From NCBI GenBank assembly GCA_951406725.2, contig OX597816.1, positions 151,032,001 through 151,096,000 on the forward strand: a DNA stretch of 64,000 nucleotides, given 5' to 3'. Position 1 is the stretch's first letter. Every line of letters begins with the position of its first letter. Positions 10,874-24,561 of the stretch are shown here, in pieces. A program made the position numbers and the translations under genes. A model generated the notes under the pieces. That model saw nothing but the letters and a program-made list of their open reading frames with translations, did not search any database and was not told where the DNA came from. Source of the DNA: Octopus vulgaris (Eukaryota).

Positions 10874-12060
10874 ATCATCATCATCGTTTAATGTCCACCT
10901 TCCATGCTGGCATGGATGAGATGATTTCACAAGAGTCAGCCAGGCAGAAGCCTGCACCAAACTTCTGTAACGTTTTGGCAGGATTTTTACAGCAGGATGC
11001 CCTTCCTAACACCAACCACTCAAAAGAGTGGACTCAGTGCTTTTTATGTGGCACATGCACAGGTGAGATCAGTTTTGGCAAGGCTTTTACAGCTGGATGC
11101 CCTTCCAAATATCAACCACTTTACAGTGTAGACTGGGTGCTTTTGAGTGGCACCTGCACTGACAGGGTCACCAAGTACTTGCAAGACAAAAAAAAATCTC
11201 ATTTGAGAGGGGAGGAGGCATTGGAGGAGGTGATCTTCTGCTAGATGATGAAAGGTTATAGTGAGACAGAGAGACAGAAACAGATGTCTCGCTGCAGAGG
11301 AGGTAGAAGGTTACCCAGCCAGGGTGGGGTGGGGAGAGAGAGAGAGAGAGAGAGCTTAGTAATGAAGACAGAAACAGGAAATACATGGTTACCCAACCTG
11401 AGGGAAGTGCAGGAAAAGGAGAGAGAGAATGGGAGACAGCAGGATAGAGATGGTGGCAAAGTGCCGGGCATACTCACAAGGGATGAGGATCAGAATATAA
11501 ATGGGATGGTTGAGTAAAGTAAGAGAGAGATATAGATGGTGGCAAATGTCGAATGTCAAAATATAAGTGGCAGGATATTGCAAAGGAAGCATGATTAAAG
11601 AGTTCAGAGGAGGGGTGAGTGTCGAAAACCTGGGTATATAGAGTCAGGGAGGCTACTGGATAGCAATGATACAGAGGAACAGGGCTATGAGGACAGGATT
11701 GAGGAGTGAGAGCTAGGCATAGTGAATGAAGGAGGAAATGTGAGGAAGAGAAGAGATGTAGAGATGTAGATTGGTTTGTTGGGGTAGGGTGTGTGAAAAG
11801 TTTTGTTATATGTGGGTGGAACACACGGCTATGATACAGAGAGACAGAGCATGTAGGTGGAACACACACGTCAGGGACTAGTGGAGAGCAATGATATCAT
11901 GGCACAGAGCCAAGAAGACAGGATAGGGGAGTGGGAGGTAAGCATAGTGCATGAAGCAGAAATGTGAGGAAGAGAAGAGATGTAAAGATGTGGTTTGGTT
12001 TGTTGTGGTAGGATGTGTGAGAAGTTTTTTTGCTAAGTGTGGTTGGGACACACAGAACTT
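10874..12060 (-). mobile_element. RTE-type tail plus ~0.9-kb body (GA-rich on +) with internal duplication
   Basis: (CAT)n tail at 10874; body homologous to 28140-28640 and 55030-55140; duplication 11715-11826/11940-12053. Confidence 0.6.
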
Positions 12061-12121
12061 CTAGAACTCATTTTCGCTGACATGGGTGAGTCTTCTCATG
12101 AACATGTATATATATATATAT

Positions 12122-12360
12122 ATCATCATCATCATCATCATCATTTAACATCTGTTGTCCATGCTGGCATGGGTTAGATGGGTTGACCAGGCTGGCATGC
12201 TGGAAGGCTACACCAGAGTCCAGTCTGATTTGGCATGGTTTTCTATGGCTGGATGCCCTTCTTAATGCCAACCACTCTGAGTGCTTTTACATGCCACCAG
12301 CATTATAACACTTGGCTTGATGGGTCCTCTCAAACATAGTACATCACCAAAGGTCTCAGT
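12122..12360 (-). mobile_element. RTE-type 3' UTR/tail repeat
   Basis: catcatcatttaacatctgttgtccatgctggcatgggtt...ggctggatgcccttc. Confidence 0.75.
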
Positions 12361-12422
12361 CAATGTATATGTGTATATATGTATACATATATATAGAGAG
12401 AGAGAATTAGAAGAAAAAATGG

Positions 12423-13158
12423 CAATTAACAGGCAAATTGAACAAGCATCCTCCAAATTTGCCAGGTTCACAAAGAGAGTCTGGGAAAACAGAAAACTAG
12501 CTGTAAACACCAAGATTGCTGTCTATAAGGTATGCATCCATAGTATGCTACTTTATGGCAGTGAGATGTGGACCTGCTACTCCAGACAGGAATGGTGTCT
12601 CAACATCTACCTTCGTAATTTGGATGCATCATGGATATCAAGTGGATCAACCAAATCTCCAACACCGAAGTCCTCAATCACAGCCAACATACTTTCTCTG
12701 TTCTGGCAGCATCGTCAGTCCTGGCTCAGTCATGTACATCACATGCCAGATAGGAGAATCTCAAAAGAACCTGTATGGGGAATTAGCTACTGGCACAAGA
12801 GCACATGGAAGACCTCATCTACGCTTCAAGTACATCTGTATGAGGGATATGAAGTCACTTGCTCTGGATGTCCTGAGATGGGAGTCACAAATGATCGCTC
12901 ACACTGGAGACAAATATTGTAAAACGGGATGAAGAGAGCAGAAGAAAACAGGAACTTGCCACCAAAAAAAGTGCACTCAAAAGAAGGAAAATCCAGTAAT
13001 GACAACAGAGAGCTCCTTTCAATGCAGTCACTGTATGCATGACTGCCACTCCCATGTGGGCTTATACAGTCACAACAGATACTGCACCATCATCAGCAGC
13101 TGACACAATTTCTTCAGACACAGAGCCATGGTCTCTTGGGACCAACAGATACCTCTTA
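12423..13158 (+). mobile_element. 5'-truncated RTE-clade LINE (frameshifted ORF C-terminus with zinc-finger-like end)
   Basis: KRVWENRKLAVNTKIAVYKVC..LLYGSEMW; LYGELATGTRAHGRPHLRFK; [23 protein letters not shown] before the stop. Confidence 0.85.
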
Positions 13159-13169
13159 TACATACATAC

Positions 13170-13400
<231 letters not shown>

Positions 13401-13752
13401 GCGACAGTGAGAGAGAGAGAGAGAGAGAGAATTAGAAGAAAAATGGAATTAAAAAAATCCTGGTAGATATCAATTAAGCACTCAATATAAAAGAATATGG
13501 TTAAATTTCCGTTTGTTGGATTTTTAAGGTGAGATCTAAAATAAAGTTATGATTTTTTTTTGTACATATTATTTGCTGCTTTATACACACACACACACAC
13601 ATACACATATATGTATATATACAAACTATATATATACATGCACATACACAGACATATACACACGTTTGTGTATGTGGGTGGAAGTATGCATCTATTTGTG
13701 TGCTTTTAACTAAACACAGACAGAGACATATATGTATGCATATATAAGATAA

Positions 13753-14151
13753 CTAGCAGTATCGCCCGGTGTTGCTCGGGTTTGTAAGGGAAATAACTAT
13801 ATAAGCATTTTTAGAGAGTTATAGCCAAAAAATAGCAAAAAAATGCATTAAAAATGGGAAAAAAATTATGGTAAATTTTTTTTTTTAAATCGTTGACTCA
13901 TCGTAGACATTTTTAGAGAGTTACTTCCCCTATATAATAGCGAAAAATGCATTAAAATGGAAAAAAATTATGGTAAATTTGTTTTAAAATCGTAGACTCA
14001 TCGTAGACGCGTGCTAATACCCAGAAGGGCTCGATATGAATCACGACTATAAGATACCCGGTTTTGGTTAAACTGCACCACAAAATGTGGGAGTAGTTAG
14101 GAATCTAAATCGTAGGAGACAGACACACAACTTCACTTTTATATATAAAGA
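13753..14151 (-). mobile_element. Complete non-autonomous Helitron
   Basis: Minus strand starts TC, ends with hairpin CCCGAGCAACACCGGG then CTAG, inserted between A and T with no TSD; internal ~105-bp duplication. Confidence 0.85.
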
Positions 14152-14651
14152 TATGTATACATAAGTATTGGTATAAGAGTACATGCAATTTTGTGTGAGT
14201 GGCTGTGTGTGTTTAAATATATATATATATAGATAGATATTTACATATATATGTGTGTGTGTGTGTGTATACACACATACACACACATTTGAAAAGCTAT
14301 TCTGATGCCATGAAAGCATTTTCAGTTTCTTGTTTATAAAAAAAAACAACAATCAAAAATAATAATAAAAAGAATTTTGTTGCCAATTTTTCCAGATTCT
14401 ACCATGGAAGATATTCTTCACAGGATGTGGAATGATTCACTGAATCCTTGATATTACCATCTGTTCCATAGCATCCTCATAGAAATGAATAATTCTTTAC
14501 TCTGGCACTACCAATTTAAAACAGTATAAATTTTCAATATCGCACTGTATAATGTATACAGAACAAGATGGAGCTTGTAAAAATATTTGATGTACTATTT
14601 GAGTTTCGGGTAATTATGAGTACAACTGCTTTTCATACTAAAAGCAAGTTG

Positions 14652-14790
14652 GCAGGCATGGCTGTGTGGTTAAGAAGTTTGCTTTCAGGTTTAGCCCCAT
14701 CATATGACACTTTCTGCAGGTATCATCAACCTAAACAAACCAAAACCTTCAGGGTGGATTTGGGAGTTGGAAACTGAAAAAAGTCAGTCA
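14652..14790 (+). mobile_element. Degenerate SINE head
   Basis: ggcatggctgtgtggttaagaagtttgct...gtggatttgg...ggaaactgaa. Confidence 0.55.
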
Positions 14791-15034
14791 TGTGTGTGTT
14801 TGTAAATACACACACACACACGATCTCTTAGGTAGCATACCTTAGGTTAACACATTGATAATTCCACATTTATGTATATGTGTATATTCATTAATTTGTG
14901 CATTTAAACCTACATGCATCCATCCATCCATTTGTGCATATGTATGTGTGCGTGTGTGTATGTGCATATGCATGTGTGTGTGTCTCGTCAGATCCTAATG
15001 GCTGGTGGTTACAGTCCACCAGCCATTAGGGTCT

Positions 15035-15575
15035 TGGTCACCAGTCATTGCCTCTGTGAGGCCCAACATTCAAAGATAATGCTTCACCATCTCATCCCAT
15101 GTCTTCCTGGGTCTACCTCTTCCACAGGTTCCCTCCATAGAGCTTTCCTTGTCCATACACATCACATGACCATACCAGTGCAGTCATCTCTCTTGCACAA
15201 CACATCTGATGCCTCTTATGCCCAACTTTTCCCCTCTAAACACTTACACTCTGTCATGTATGTACACTGACATTATACATCCAGCGGATCATACTAGCTT
15301 CATTTCTTACAAGCCTATGCATGTCCTCACCAGTCACAACCCATGTTTCACTGCCATGTAACATAGCTGTATAATGCACACAGGCATCATACAGTCTGTC
15401 TTTTACTCTGAGAGAGAGACCCTTTGTTGCCAATAGATGTAGGAGCTTTCTGAACTTTACCCAGCCTATTTTTATTCTCACACCTATTCTCTGAGAACAT
15501 CCATCTCCGCTACTAACTTGATCACCTAGATAACAGAAGCTATCAACTACCTCTAGCTTACCCCACTGGCATTTG
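15035..15575 (-). mobile_element. RTE-clade LINE ORF fragment
   Basis: RIKIGWVKFRKLLHLLATKGLSLRVKDRLYDACV..MLHGSETW..RNEASMIRWM; GRGRPRKTW motif. Confidence 0.85.
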
Positions 15576-15593
15576 ATGATATATATATATATA

Positions 15594-15990
15594 TTCTTTT
15601 ATTCTTTTACTTGTTTCAGTCATGTGGTTGTGGCCATGCTGGAGCATCGCCTTTAGTCGAGTAAATCGATGCCAGGACATATTCTTTGTAAGCCTAGTAC
15701 TTATTCTATCAGGTTCTTTTGCTGAACTGCTAAGTTACGGGGATGTAAAACATGCCAGCATAAGTTGTCAAGTGATGTTAGGAGGACAAACACAGACATA
15801 GAAACACACACACACACACACACACACATATGATGGGCTTCTTTCAGTTTCCGTCTACCAAATCCACTCACAAGGCTTTGGTCAACCTGAGGCTATAGTC
15901 AAAGACACTTGCACAAAGTGTCACACAGTGGAACTGTACCCAGAACCATGTGGTAAGCAAGCTACTTATCACACAGCCGCTCCTGCGCCT
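15594..15990 (-). mobile_element. tRNA/CORE-type SINE, full length
   Basis: Same family as 8143-9089, with internal (CA)n. Confidence 0.85.
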
Positions 15991-16431
15991 ATAATATATG
16001 TATGTATGTGTGTGTGTGTGTGTGTGTGTGTATGTATACATAATTAAGGATAAAATCACTTAATGATCTTATCAGTGACCAGCATGTAATAAAATGTAAT
16101 ATGAATGTATTTGTATGGGCATGTATATATTAGTATGGGTATGTAATATGCATGTATTTGTATGGGTATGTATATATATTTATATTTATGTACTGCTGGT
16201 ATATTCTACAGATGATGATAAAGTCATTTGAATTACTAAACCAGAAATCAGATGATCTAGAATTAACCTCAACAATTTTACTAAATCTCTTTTATTCATT
16301 TGCTCACTTTCAGCCTTGTACTAAGGAAGCATAATTTGAAGTGGTTGTTATAGACTTTTGACATCTATCTCTAGCATGTAGGCACTGTTTCTCAGTACCC
16401 TTAATTATAATTATATCTATATAATTATATA

Positions 16432-18600
16432 CTGTGTACTCCTGCTTATTCGTCGTTCAGCGTTCGTGGTCCTGGTTATTCACAGAACTAATGATTATTT
16501 GCAGAAACCATCACATATTCACAGAATCGTAAATATCGTTCACAATTTTTTATGGCACTTTTCATGGCAACATATAGTTTTTCACACTTTTTGAGGCTAA
16601 ATTATTAATAATAATATACTGTATCTGCCAGTTTACTGGACATCCCTTCGTAGCTGAAGGTCCCTCTGATTAGAATAGCCGTGCATCACATGGCTTGATT
16701 TTTCTTAGAAACAAGTTCACTGTATCTTGTATCTCTTATTCCTGCTTTCAATCAAAGCTTTGCTAATTATTATAGTGACTACCAGTACTTTTTTTAAAAT
16801 CATCGCTACATTTCATCATACACATTGCTTATTTCAACAGGATAATTTTTAAGGTCGTGAGCCAATATAGCCTCATTGAAATTAGGTTACTTGCAGGTCC
16901 CTCTCTCTCTCATGATTATAGTATAGATTACTGTATCTTGTGGTAATACAAACTAAATTTTTCAAAACCATGATTATTTTTAATCTCTGCTCAATCTCCC
17001 ATTCATGGTATATGCATATTAGACACAAAGAAGATTTTTCTGTAGGTATTTTTTTTTTTGGAAAAACTGCATCCAGCATTTTCTTGAGTGCTGTGTTTTT
17101 CACAGCATGTTATTAAAGCCCTAAGATGACGCCCAAACATCCTACACCTAGTTATGATGCTCCATGAGAAGGCACAACTGCTGGGCATGTTCCAGGAAGG
17201 TAAAAGTTATGCAGCAGTACATTGTTATTATGTTGTCAATGAAAGCATCATACGCTACATAAAGAAGAACAAGGTGGTAATCAGGACTACTGTAGCAGTA
17301 AGTTTCTGTGAAAGTGCCAAAAAGATAATGATAATGAGAAATAAGTACTTCGTCAGGATGGAATCAGCCTTGGCACTGTGGATCAGTGACTGCAAGAAGA
17401 AAAAGAGTCCTTTGAGTGGTAACATCATCCACAAGAAAGCATGAAAATTATACCAGCAGTTCAACAGAGGAGATGGAGCAGAAGGCACCAAAAACCACAC
17501 CCAAGACCATTGACAGTACCGGAGCCCAAAGATTTTCAAACCAGCAAGGGATAGTTTGACTGTTTCCAGAAACGGTTTAAGATAAGGTGTGTTTCCCTGC
17601 ATGGAGAGACAGCACCAACTGACAAAAAAGCCACCAAGAAGTACCTCGAGACTTTCAGGTAGATTATTGAGGACAAGGGATACAAGCTAGAACAGGTTTT
17701 TAGTATGGACAAGACTGGCTTGTTCTGGAAGAAGATGCCTTCCAGAATGTACATCATGAAGGATGAAGCCAGAGCCCCAGGATTAAAAGGCACAGAAGGA
17801 CAGAGTGATGCTAATTATGTGTGGCAATACTGCTGGCTTCATGAAGAAAACCAGGACTTATCTACAAATCCGTGAACCTGAGGGCCTTCAAAAATAAGAA
17901 TAAAAATCCGCTGCCTGTTCATTCAATTGCAGATGAATTGCCTGTTCACTGGATGCACAACCTCAAAGCCTGGATTGCCAGAAGTCTAACTTTGAATTGG
18001 TTCCACCAATGCTTCATCCCTCAAGCCGAGGAATACCTCCAAAATCTTTGCATGGAATCCAAGGTGTTGCTTGTTTTGGATAATGCTGGTGGTCACTCTT
18101 TGGATTTGAATCACAAGGAAATTCAAGTCGAGTTCCTCCCTGCCAACACCACCTCCCTCATCCAACTTATGATCCATGCTTTCAAAGCACTTTACATTTG
18201 GAACTATCTCCAACATCTTGTGGATGCAATGGATTTGGACAAGAATTTCAAGTTTAAAGAATACTGGCATAACTTCGCTATCACAACATGCCTGTCAGTC
18301 ATCCCTGCTACCCTTAAAGACATGAAAAAAGAAACCTTCATTGCATGCTGGAAGAAGGTGTGGCCAGAGTGTGTCCAGGACTATGAGGGCTTCTCACCTG
18401 AAGATATTCAGTACAAGGCTGTCAACAGTGAAACTGGCAAAATTACTTAGTGGCGAAGGTTTTGATGTCATCACACAAGATGAGGTCAACAGATGAAGAT
18501 TTGTTGGAGTTAACAATGTCTGCCAGCATAGAGGATGAAGAAGCACCAGTTCCAGAGGAAGAGGAGGGTGAGGTAGGCCTAGCAATTGAATGTCTGTCTG
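16432..18600 (+). mobile_element. Decayed pogo/Tigger (Tc1/mariner superfamily) DNA transposon with transposase pseudogene (~17126-18590)
   Basis: TIR-like c.gtgtactcctgcttattcg after TA; HTH region (MESALALWISD); VFSMDKTGLFWKKMPSRMYI, KVLLVLDNAGGH, FLPANTTSLIQ; stops and frameshifts; right TIR not found. Confidence 0.85.
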
Positions 18601-19263
18601 AACGTGTATTTACAAGCTGATTTAATTTCTACTGATACTGATTTCAAGTATGTAATTGCACCCAAGAACTCATGCCCCTTTTATTGAGCTTGATTGCAGT
18701 TCATTTATTTCCATTCATATCAAAAAATAACATTCGTAGCATACATTCTCTTTACATAGTTCACATATGCCTAACTCAGGCTCAGAAGTTTACAGCCTGA
18801 GTTGTTATCATAAAAATTTAAAATAATTCAAATTTAATGTTTTCTTGAAACAATAAATTTCTACAGAGATTAGGATTTAGATTTTAATCTATGAAATGTT
18901 TCCGTTCTATAATATTCTTAAAGGAACAAAAAATTATACAGCAACTCGGGCTAATACAAACAAGCCTTGTAGGTGTAAAAGACTAACAGGCATCTCTGAT
19001 CAAGAGTACAGGCGACAGTCAGATCGCTGTCATTATTTGATTGTTGTTATTCTGTGCAGCTGTGTGTATTGATCAGTTGTGTTTCACAGAGTTGCTTTAT
19101 TTTTACCCTTAACTTAGAAATGGAAAAAGACATAGTGCTAGATATAAAAAATAAGCCATTTGGGGCTAGAAATAAAGTGGAAAAACATGAAATTCTTCAA
19201 GCAGGCATGTATCTTATGTGAAATCTATGATGAACCTGAGAGATACTGATGACCTAGAGTCAC

Positions 19264-19315
<52 letters not shown>

Positions 19316-19509
19316 CATACATATGTATATATACACATATACACCCACACACACAAATGTGTATATATGCATACAACTAGATGCACATACACACACACAC
19401 ACGTGCTATTATGCACACACACAGACCTGCGTACATGCACATACCCACACATACCTCCTTCTCCTACACTCTCCTGTCTTAGAAAGAACTTTTCCTTCAC
19501 CCATTCTTT

Positions 19510-19719
19510 TCCGGTCATTTCAAAATGTAACCACATGTGAATCATTGGCGATTTTCTTCCTCCATCTTCCCTTCTATTGGACTTTCTTCTGTTTCCAAAG
19601 AAGAGTGTCTGCTTGAAATGTTAAACCATCTTTCTTTCTTTTCCTGAGCATCTGCTAATACATTACATGTAACATGTACCCAAGTTGTAGTTTTTTCAAA
19701 CTTGTTTTTTGGATTTACT

Positions 19720-19720
<1 letters not shown>
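19510..19720 (+). mobile_element. Short hammerhead-bearing retroelement (family C, copy 2, diverged)
   Basis: 19591-19626 reads gttt-ccaaaga-agagtgtctgctt-gaaatgtt-aaac; ends at (TA)n. Confidence 0.55.
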
Positions 19721-19759
<39 letters not shown>

Positions 19760-19764
<5 letters not shown>

Positions 19765-19962
19765 ATCAAAACATGAACAAAGAGGAAACACAACAACGCG
19801 AGGACGTGGAACAAGTATAGTGTTATTGGATGCTCAGGAAAGGAAAGAAAGAAAGAAGATTTAACGTTTTGAGAAGAGATCTTCGTCAGAAACATAGAAA
19901 AAGGAAAGGTCCAAGGGAAGACGGAGAAAGAAAATCGCCAACAATACACACGCGGTCTCACA
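19760..19962 (-). mobile_element. Short hammerhead-bearing retroelement (family C, copy 3)
   Basis: Minus strand at 19859-19893 reads GUUU-CUGACGA-AGAucucuuCUC-AAAACGUU-AAAU. Confidence 0.6.
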
Positions 19963-21126
19963 TATATATATGTGTGTGTGTGTGTCCAAATCAATAAGAA
20001 GTTTGCTTTTCAACAATGCAGGATTTTTCATTTGATTTCACTGCATGATATTTTGGACTTGGACTACACAGAATGTTATTTTCTAAAGCTTCACTTTCAC
20101 AGTGAAATGGGTAGCATCTGTAAAGCTGCTGAATGGATGAATTATACTTGCAATTCAGTAGTACAGCCTTGTTGTCACACAGTGTCATACTGAATCCAAT
20201 TGGTAATAGCATTAACCTTTTATTGCGAAACCAGATATATCTACTCAAAATTTCATTACCATTAAATCTGGAAAGCAGTTTCTAATAACAATCTATCTTT
20301 TATTAAGGGATATCATGTTTAAGACTTTTATTTTTTGTTGTTGTTGACACATGTGAAGTTTATTGAGGAAAATACCAAATCTATTATTTGGCAGATACTT
20401 AACATCATTACTGGAATAACCATGAAATTTAATTTCACAGTTAAAGGGTCAAGGAAACATGTTGGTAGATTAATTCACCTCTTACACAATAATTCCATAA
20501 GGAATAAATTCTCAGCTTTTCTTCAGCATACATTATTCAATGTCTCTTTTTCTTATTTAAGGATTGTAGAGTGTAATTAAGGGAAGATTTGGCTGTTATG
20601 TCTGGCAGGCTCAACAACTGCTTGGAGATTCCCTGTATTTTAAGGTTGATGTAAGATAGCTGAACAGATAAGGTATTCAAATAATTGCTCATAGATCATA
20701 AGTTCAAATCTACTGCAGACAGTTTTATCTAGATTTGTTCTATATTGTTTCAGTTTAACTATCCATTGGGAATAGTGTCCAGATCATCTGAAAGGTATCC
20801 TAGTGATATATCCACTGGGAAGCTTATCTCTTTTTCTGTTTAATACTAAGCCATTAGAGCAAAGCATTTTGAGTGTTTAGAGATATTTTTCTCTCTATAT
20901 ATCATTTAAATGTTTCAAGGGAAACTTTCCAGCTGTGTGTGTATAAATACACATGCACACACATATACATATACACATATATACATACATATATATATAT
21001 ATATACACACACGGACACATACATATATATATACATATACACAAATATACCTACATATACATACCCATACACACAGGCACACACACACACATATATATAC
21101 ACATACATCCTCCTCCTCCTCCTTCT

Positions 21127-21757
21127 CATCATCATCATTTAACATCTGCTTTCCATGCTGGCATGGGTGGGATGGTTTGACTGAGGTTTGGCAAGCTAGA
21201 AGACTGCACCAGGCTCCAGTCTGATCTGGCAATGTTTCTATGGCTGGATGCCCTTCTTAACACCAACCAATCCGAGAGTGTAGTGGGTGCTTTTTATGTA
21301 CCACCAGCATGAGAGCCAGTCAAGGGTCACTGGCATTGACCATGTTTGGATGGTGCTTTTTACATGTCACCAGCCAGGAACCAGTCAGGAGGCACAGGCA
21401 TTGATCCACACTCAAATGGTACTTATTATGTGCCACCAGCACAGGTGCCAGTCAGGTGGCACTGGCCACAACTACGATTTCGATTTCACTTGACTCAACA
21501 GGTCTTCTCAAGCATATCATATCACCCGATGCTTCAAGGGTACTTTTAAATGGGCCAGTCGTGCAACACTGGCATTGGTCACAGCTACGATCTCACTTTA
21601 CTTGCCAGGTCTTTCCAATCACAACATATCTCCAAAGGTCTCAGTCTCTTGTCATTGCTTCAGTGATTCCCAGTGTTCAAAGGTCATGCTTCACCACCTT
21701 GTCCCATGTCTTCCTGGGTCTACCTCTTCCACAGGTTCCTTTCACTGTTAGAGAGGC
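21127..21757 (-). mobile_element. RTE-clade LINE 3' end (ORF C-terminus, 3' UTR, tail)
   Basis: Minus strand translates SLTVKGTCGRGRPRKTWDKVVKHDL...DLWRYVV, followed by the common 3' UTR and (GAT)n tail; this links the common tail to an RTE LINE. Confidence 0.85.
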
Positions 21758-21897
21758 CTTAAGCCAACAGTTTTGGGGATCTAATAATACACCATAAAGC
21801 TAAGTACTTTATGGGCGTGAAACCCCGGGTAATCCCATGAACTGGCCTTATCTAACTTTATTTATATTATATTATATTATATTATATTATATTATAT

Positions 21898-21970
<73 letters not shown>

Positions 21971-21974
21971 TATA

Positions 21975-22010
<36 letters not shown>

Positions 22011-22426
22011 TGTAAATACACACATGCACATGTGCACACACATATAGATAGGCATCTGATTATATGCTTATACACATATAAATATGAACACAGGTCTACT
22101 ATTTAGTTGCAAATGTCGAGGTAATTCCTGGTATCTTTTATTGTTTAAACTGAGATCATTTCTTTCTGATTAAGGGAAATTTTGTATTTGCTTCAGGCTT
22201 TTTTTTTTTTACAAAATGCATTCAGCTATTATTCATGGAAGAAAATGGTGTTGTTATGGAGAAATGATAAGAATTGATTAAAAGGGAGTTGAGTAAGCCA
22301 TCATTGATTGATAAATGACTAAAATATAAACTAAAGAGGGAACTGATAATAGCTAAATAACTGGTTGTGGATGTGACAAGCAGGTAAACTATAGTTTTGG
22401 AAAGCTAGTGAAGAAAAACTGATGTA

Positions 22427-22574
22427 AAGACCTGATTTAATTATTGTATTACAACTATATGCTTTAGTAAACTATTTTCAATATGAAGATTATAGCCATG
22501 TAAGACCTGATTTAATTATTGTATTACAACTATATGCCTTTGTAAACTATTTTCAATATGAAGATTACAGCCAT
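22427..22574. repeat. Tandem duplication, 2 x 75 bp
   Basis: agacctgatttaattattgtattacaactatatgc...gaagatta.agccat occurs twice. Confidence 0.9.
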
Positions 22575-22853
22575 ACACACATATGAAACATATGCATAAA
22601 CTCGCACATACTTATATATTTATATGCATGTATGTATCTGTGTGCATATGTATGTATGTATTCATAGCTGATTTTTAATAAGTTGCCACTCAGAGTTTCC
22701 TCAATCCTAGTCTACAAGCAACTGTCCAATAAAGCTTTTTTATATCACTATTGATTTGATGTTTGTGTCATAATGAAATCAATGTGGTTGGAATTATTGA
22801 TTACACATATGGACATATAATAATGAATAGAAAATGCAAAAATTAGCAATAAA

Positions 22854-23950
22854 CTAACAGAGATACCTGGTGTTGCTCAGGGTCAAAATGGCATAGTTTA
22901 TATATATATATATATATATTACAGCTATGTTGAAACAGGTGATATGGGAATGTGCAGTGTTAACAACAAAATATTTGTGCGCTAATTTAACTAAGTGACA
23001 TGTCATGTGTCTGTTGGTGTATTCTAGGTCCTAACCTGTCATGGAAAATTGGGGATGGGGGTATGTGATATTTGAATGCACCACAAAGCTGTTAGTTGAT
23101 ATACTCTGCTTTGTGGTTGTCAGCACTGCATCTAACATGACCCATTGTCTGAAGTTTTGACACCTCCTTTGGGTTTGTTGTTCTACATCACTCATAAAGT
23201 AAATTTGGAAGAACTGTGGTCATTCATTTTTGAGTAAAAGGGAAGCAATGAGGTGATAAACTTACCTTTGAACTTTGAACATTGGTGTAAATCCCTGTTC
23301 AACTATCTCCTTAGATACACCAAACGATGTCATTTGAAATGCAGTATTGTATTGTCTGATATTGTTCAGAAAATCTTTTGACTGGATGGAAATGCCTTTC
23401 AGAAGATCCGTAAGAGGTTGAGGAGGATCTGGCAATCTTACCTTACTGCCTGAGCAGCACATGCCATTAGTTTCATTTGGAAATTTTAAAGCTTTACAGA
23501 AATGACAATTTGAGTGTAGCACACCAATTTGAACAAAATTATTCTTTTTATAAGAATGGGATTTATCATATATGAAAGCAGCTCCAGGAGTTGTGAAGAG
23601 CGAATTTGTACATAGTCTGTTTCTGAGAGCTGTTCTATTGAACCTCTGTCTAATCATGAAAACGTTTTAATGATTCAGCATTAAGTGCTACAGCATGCCT
23701 TTGCTGATCTTGGGAAAGTCTTATCTCTCTTCCCTCTTGAGACTCCATCTGACGTGCTGCAGCATGCATTTGCTGATCTTGAGAAAGTCTCATCTCACTT
23801 CTGTCTTGAGATTCCATTTGATGTGCTGAGCATGCATTTGATGATCTTTAGTTCCTACAATCCTCCTTGCTTTATACTTCTTTCTGGAGAGAGTATGTCT
23901 TTTCTTTGGTGGCATACACTGACACACCACTCCACTATCATGGCTGTAAA
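22854..23950 (-). mobile_element. Internally deleted Helitron with RepHel N-terminal pseudogene
   Basis: CHFCKALKFPNETNGMCCSGSKV..FLNNIRQYNTAFQMTSFG..FKVQ..YH..FQIYF; 63-bp repeats; decayed hairpin and (C/T)TAG 3' end at 22854. 5' end uncertain. Confidence 0.8.
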
Positions 23951-24480
23951 GACAGAAAGTTGCCGATGTGTAATGTTGTTCACATTAGGATATAGATTAT
24001 TCATTTATTTCAAATATAATAGAAAGAAGATGATCTTAGTGTTATCACATTAGAATTAAAAGTAAAAGAATAAAAGTGAATCAATATTATATCACATTAC
24101 AATAAAAATCTTACTCTTTCTCTTTTGACACGTAATACTGAACCAGTGCCAATGTTATATTGTTTTAGTCCAAATGAAAAAAGAAATTATATGTTGATAC
24201 TCACAGGGTCTAATATTATTACCTTGTAAGAGATTAATAACAATGTATAAACATTTGTATAGAACATGTGTTGGTAAGGTAAACCTCTTTAGGTAATATG
24301 AAACTTTCTAAGAGACTTTCACAGAGGAACTTATATTGATCTTATGAATCTGGTCATGTGCACTAGTTTGTGAAGGGTAAGTGAGAGAGATTTGAGTCTG
24401 TTTAAAGAATTTACATTATGGTAGGTTAAAGTTTGGATGAATATTATTATTTGAGAAGATACAAATCAAGCATGGGTAGC

Positions 24481-24561
24481 TTTTTCAAGAAGTGGGTCAC
24501 ATGAAACATGATTTATCATCAGGTAATGAACCATGTCTCATGCAACCCACTTCTTCAAAAA
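24481..24561 (-). other. ~80-nt hairpin (pre-miRNA-sized)
   Basis: tttttcaagaagtgggtcacatgaaacatg / catgtctcatgcaacccacttcttcaaaaa inverted arms. Confidence 0.6.

Noticed and set aside
14396-14452. Possible + strand terminal exon after ttttccag
   Set aside because: No recognisable protein in any frame and no supporting upstream exons.
22427-22574. CRISPR-like or other prokaryotic array
   Set aside because: Simple two-copy tandem duplication without spacers, in eukaryotic DNA.
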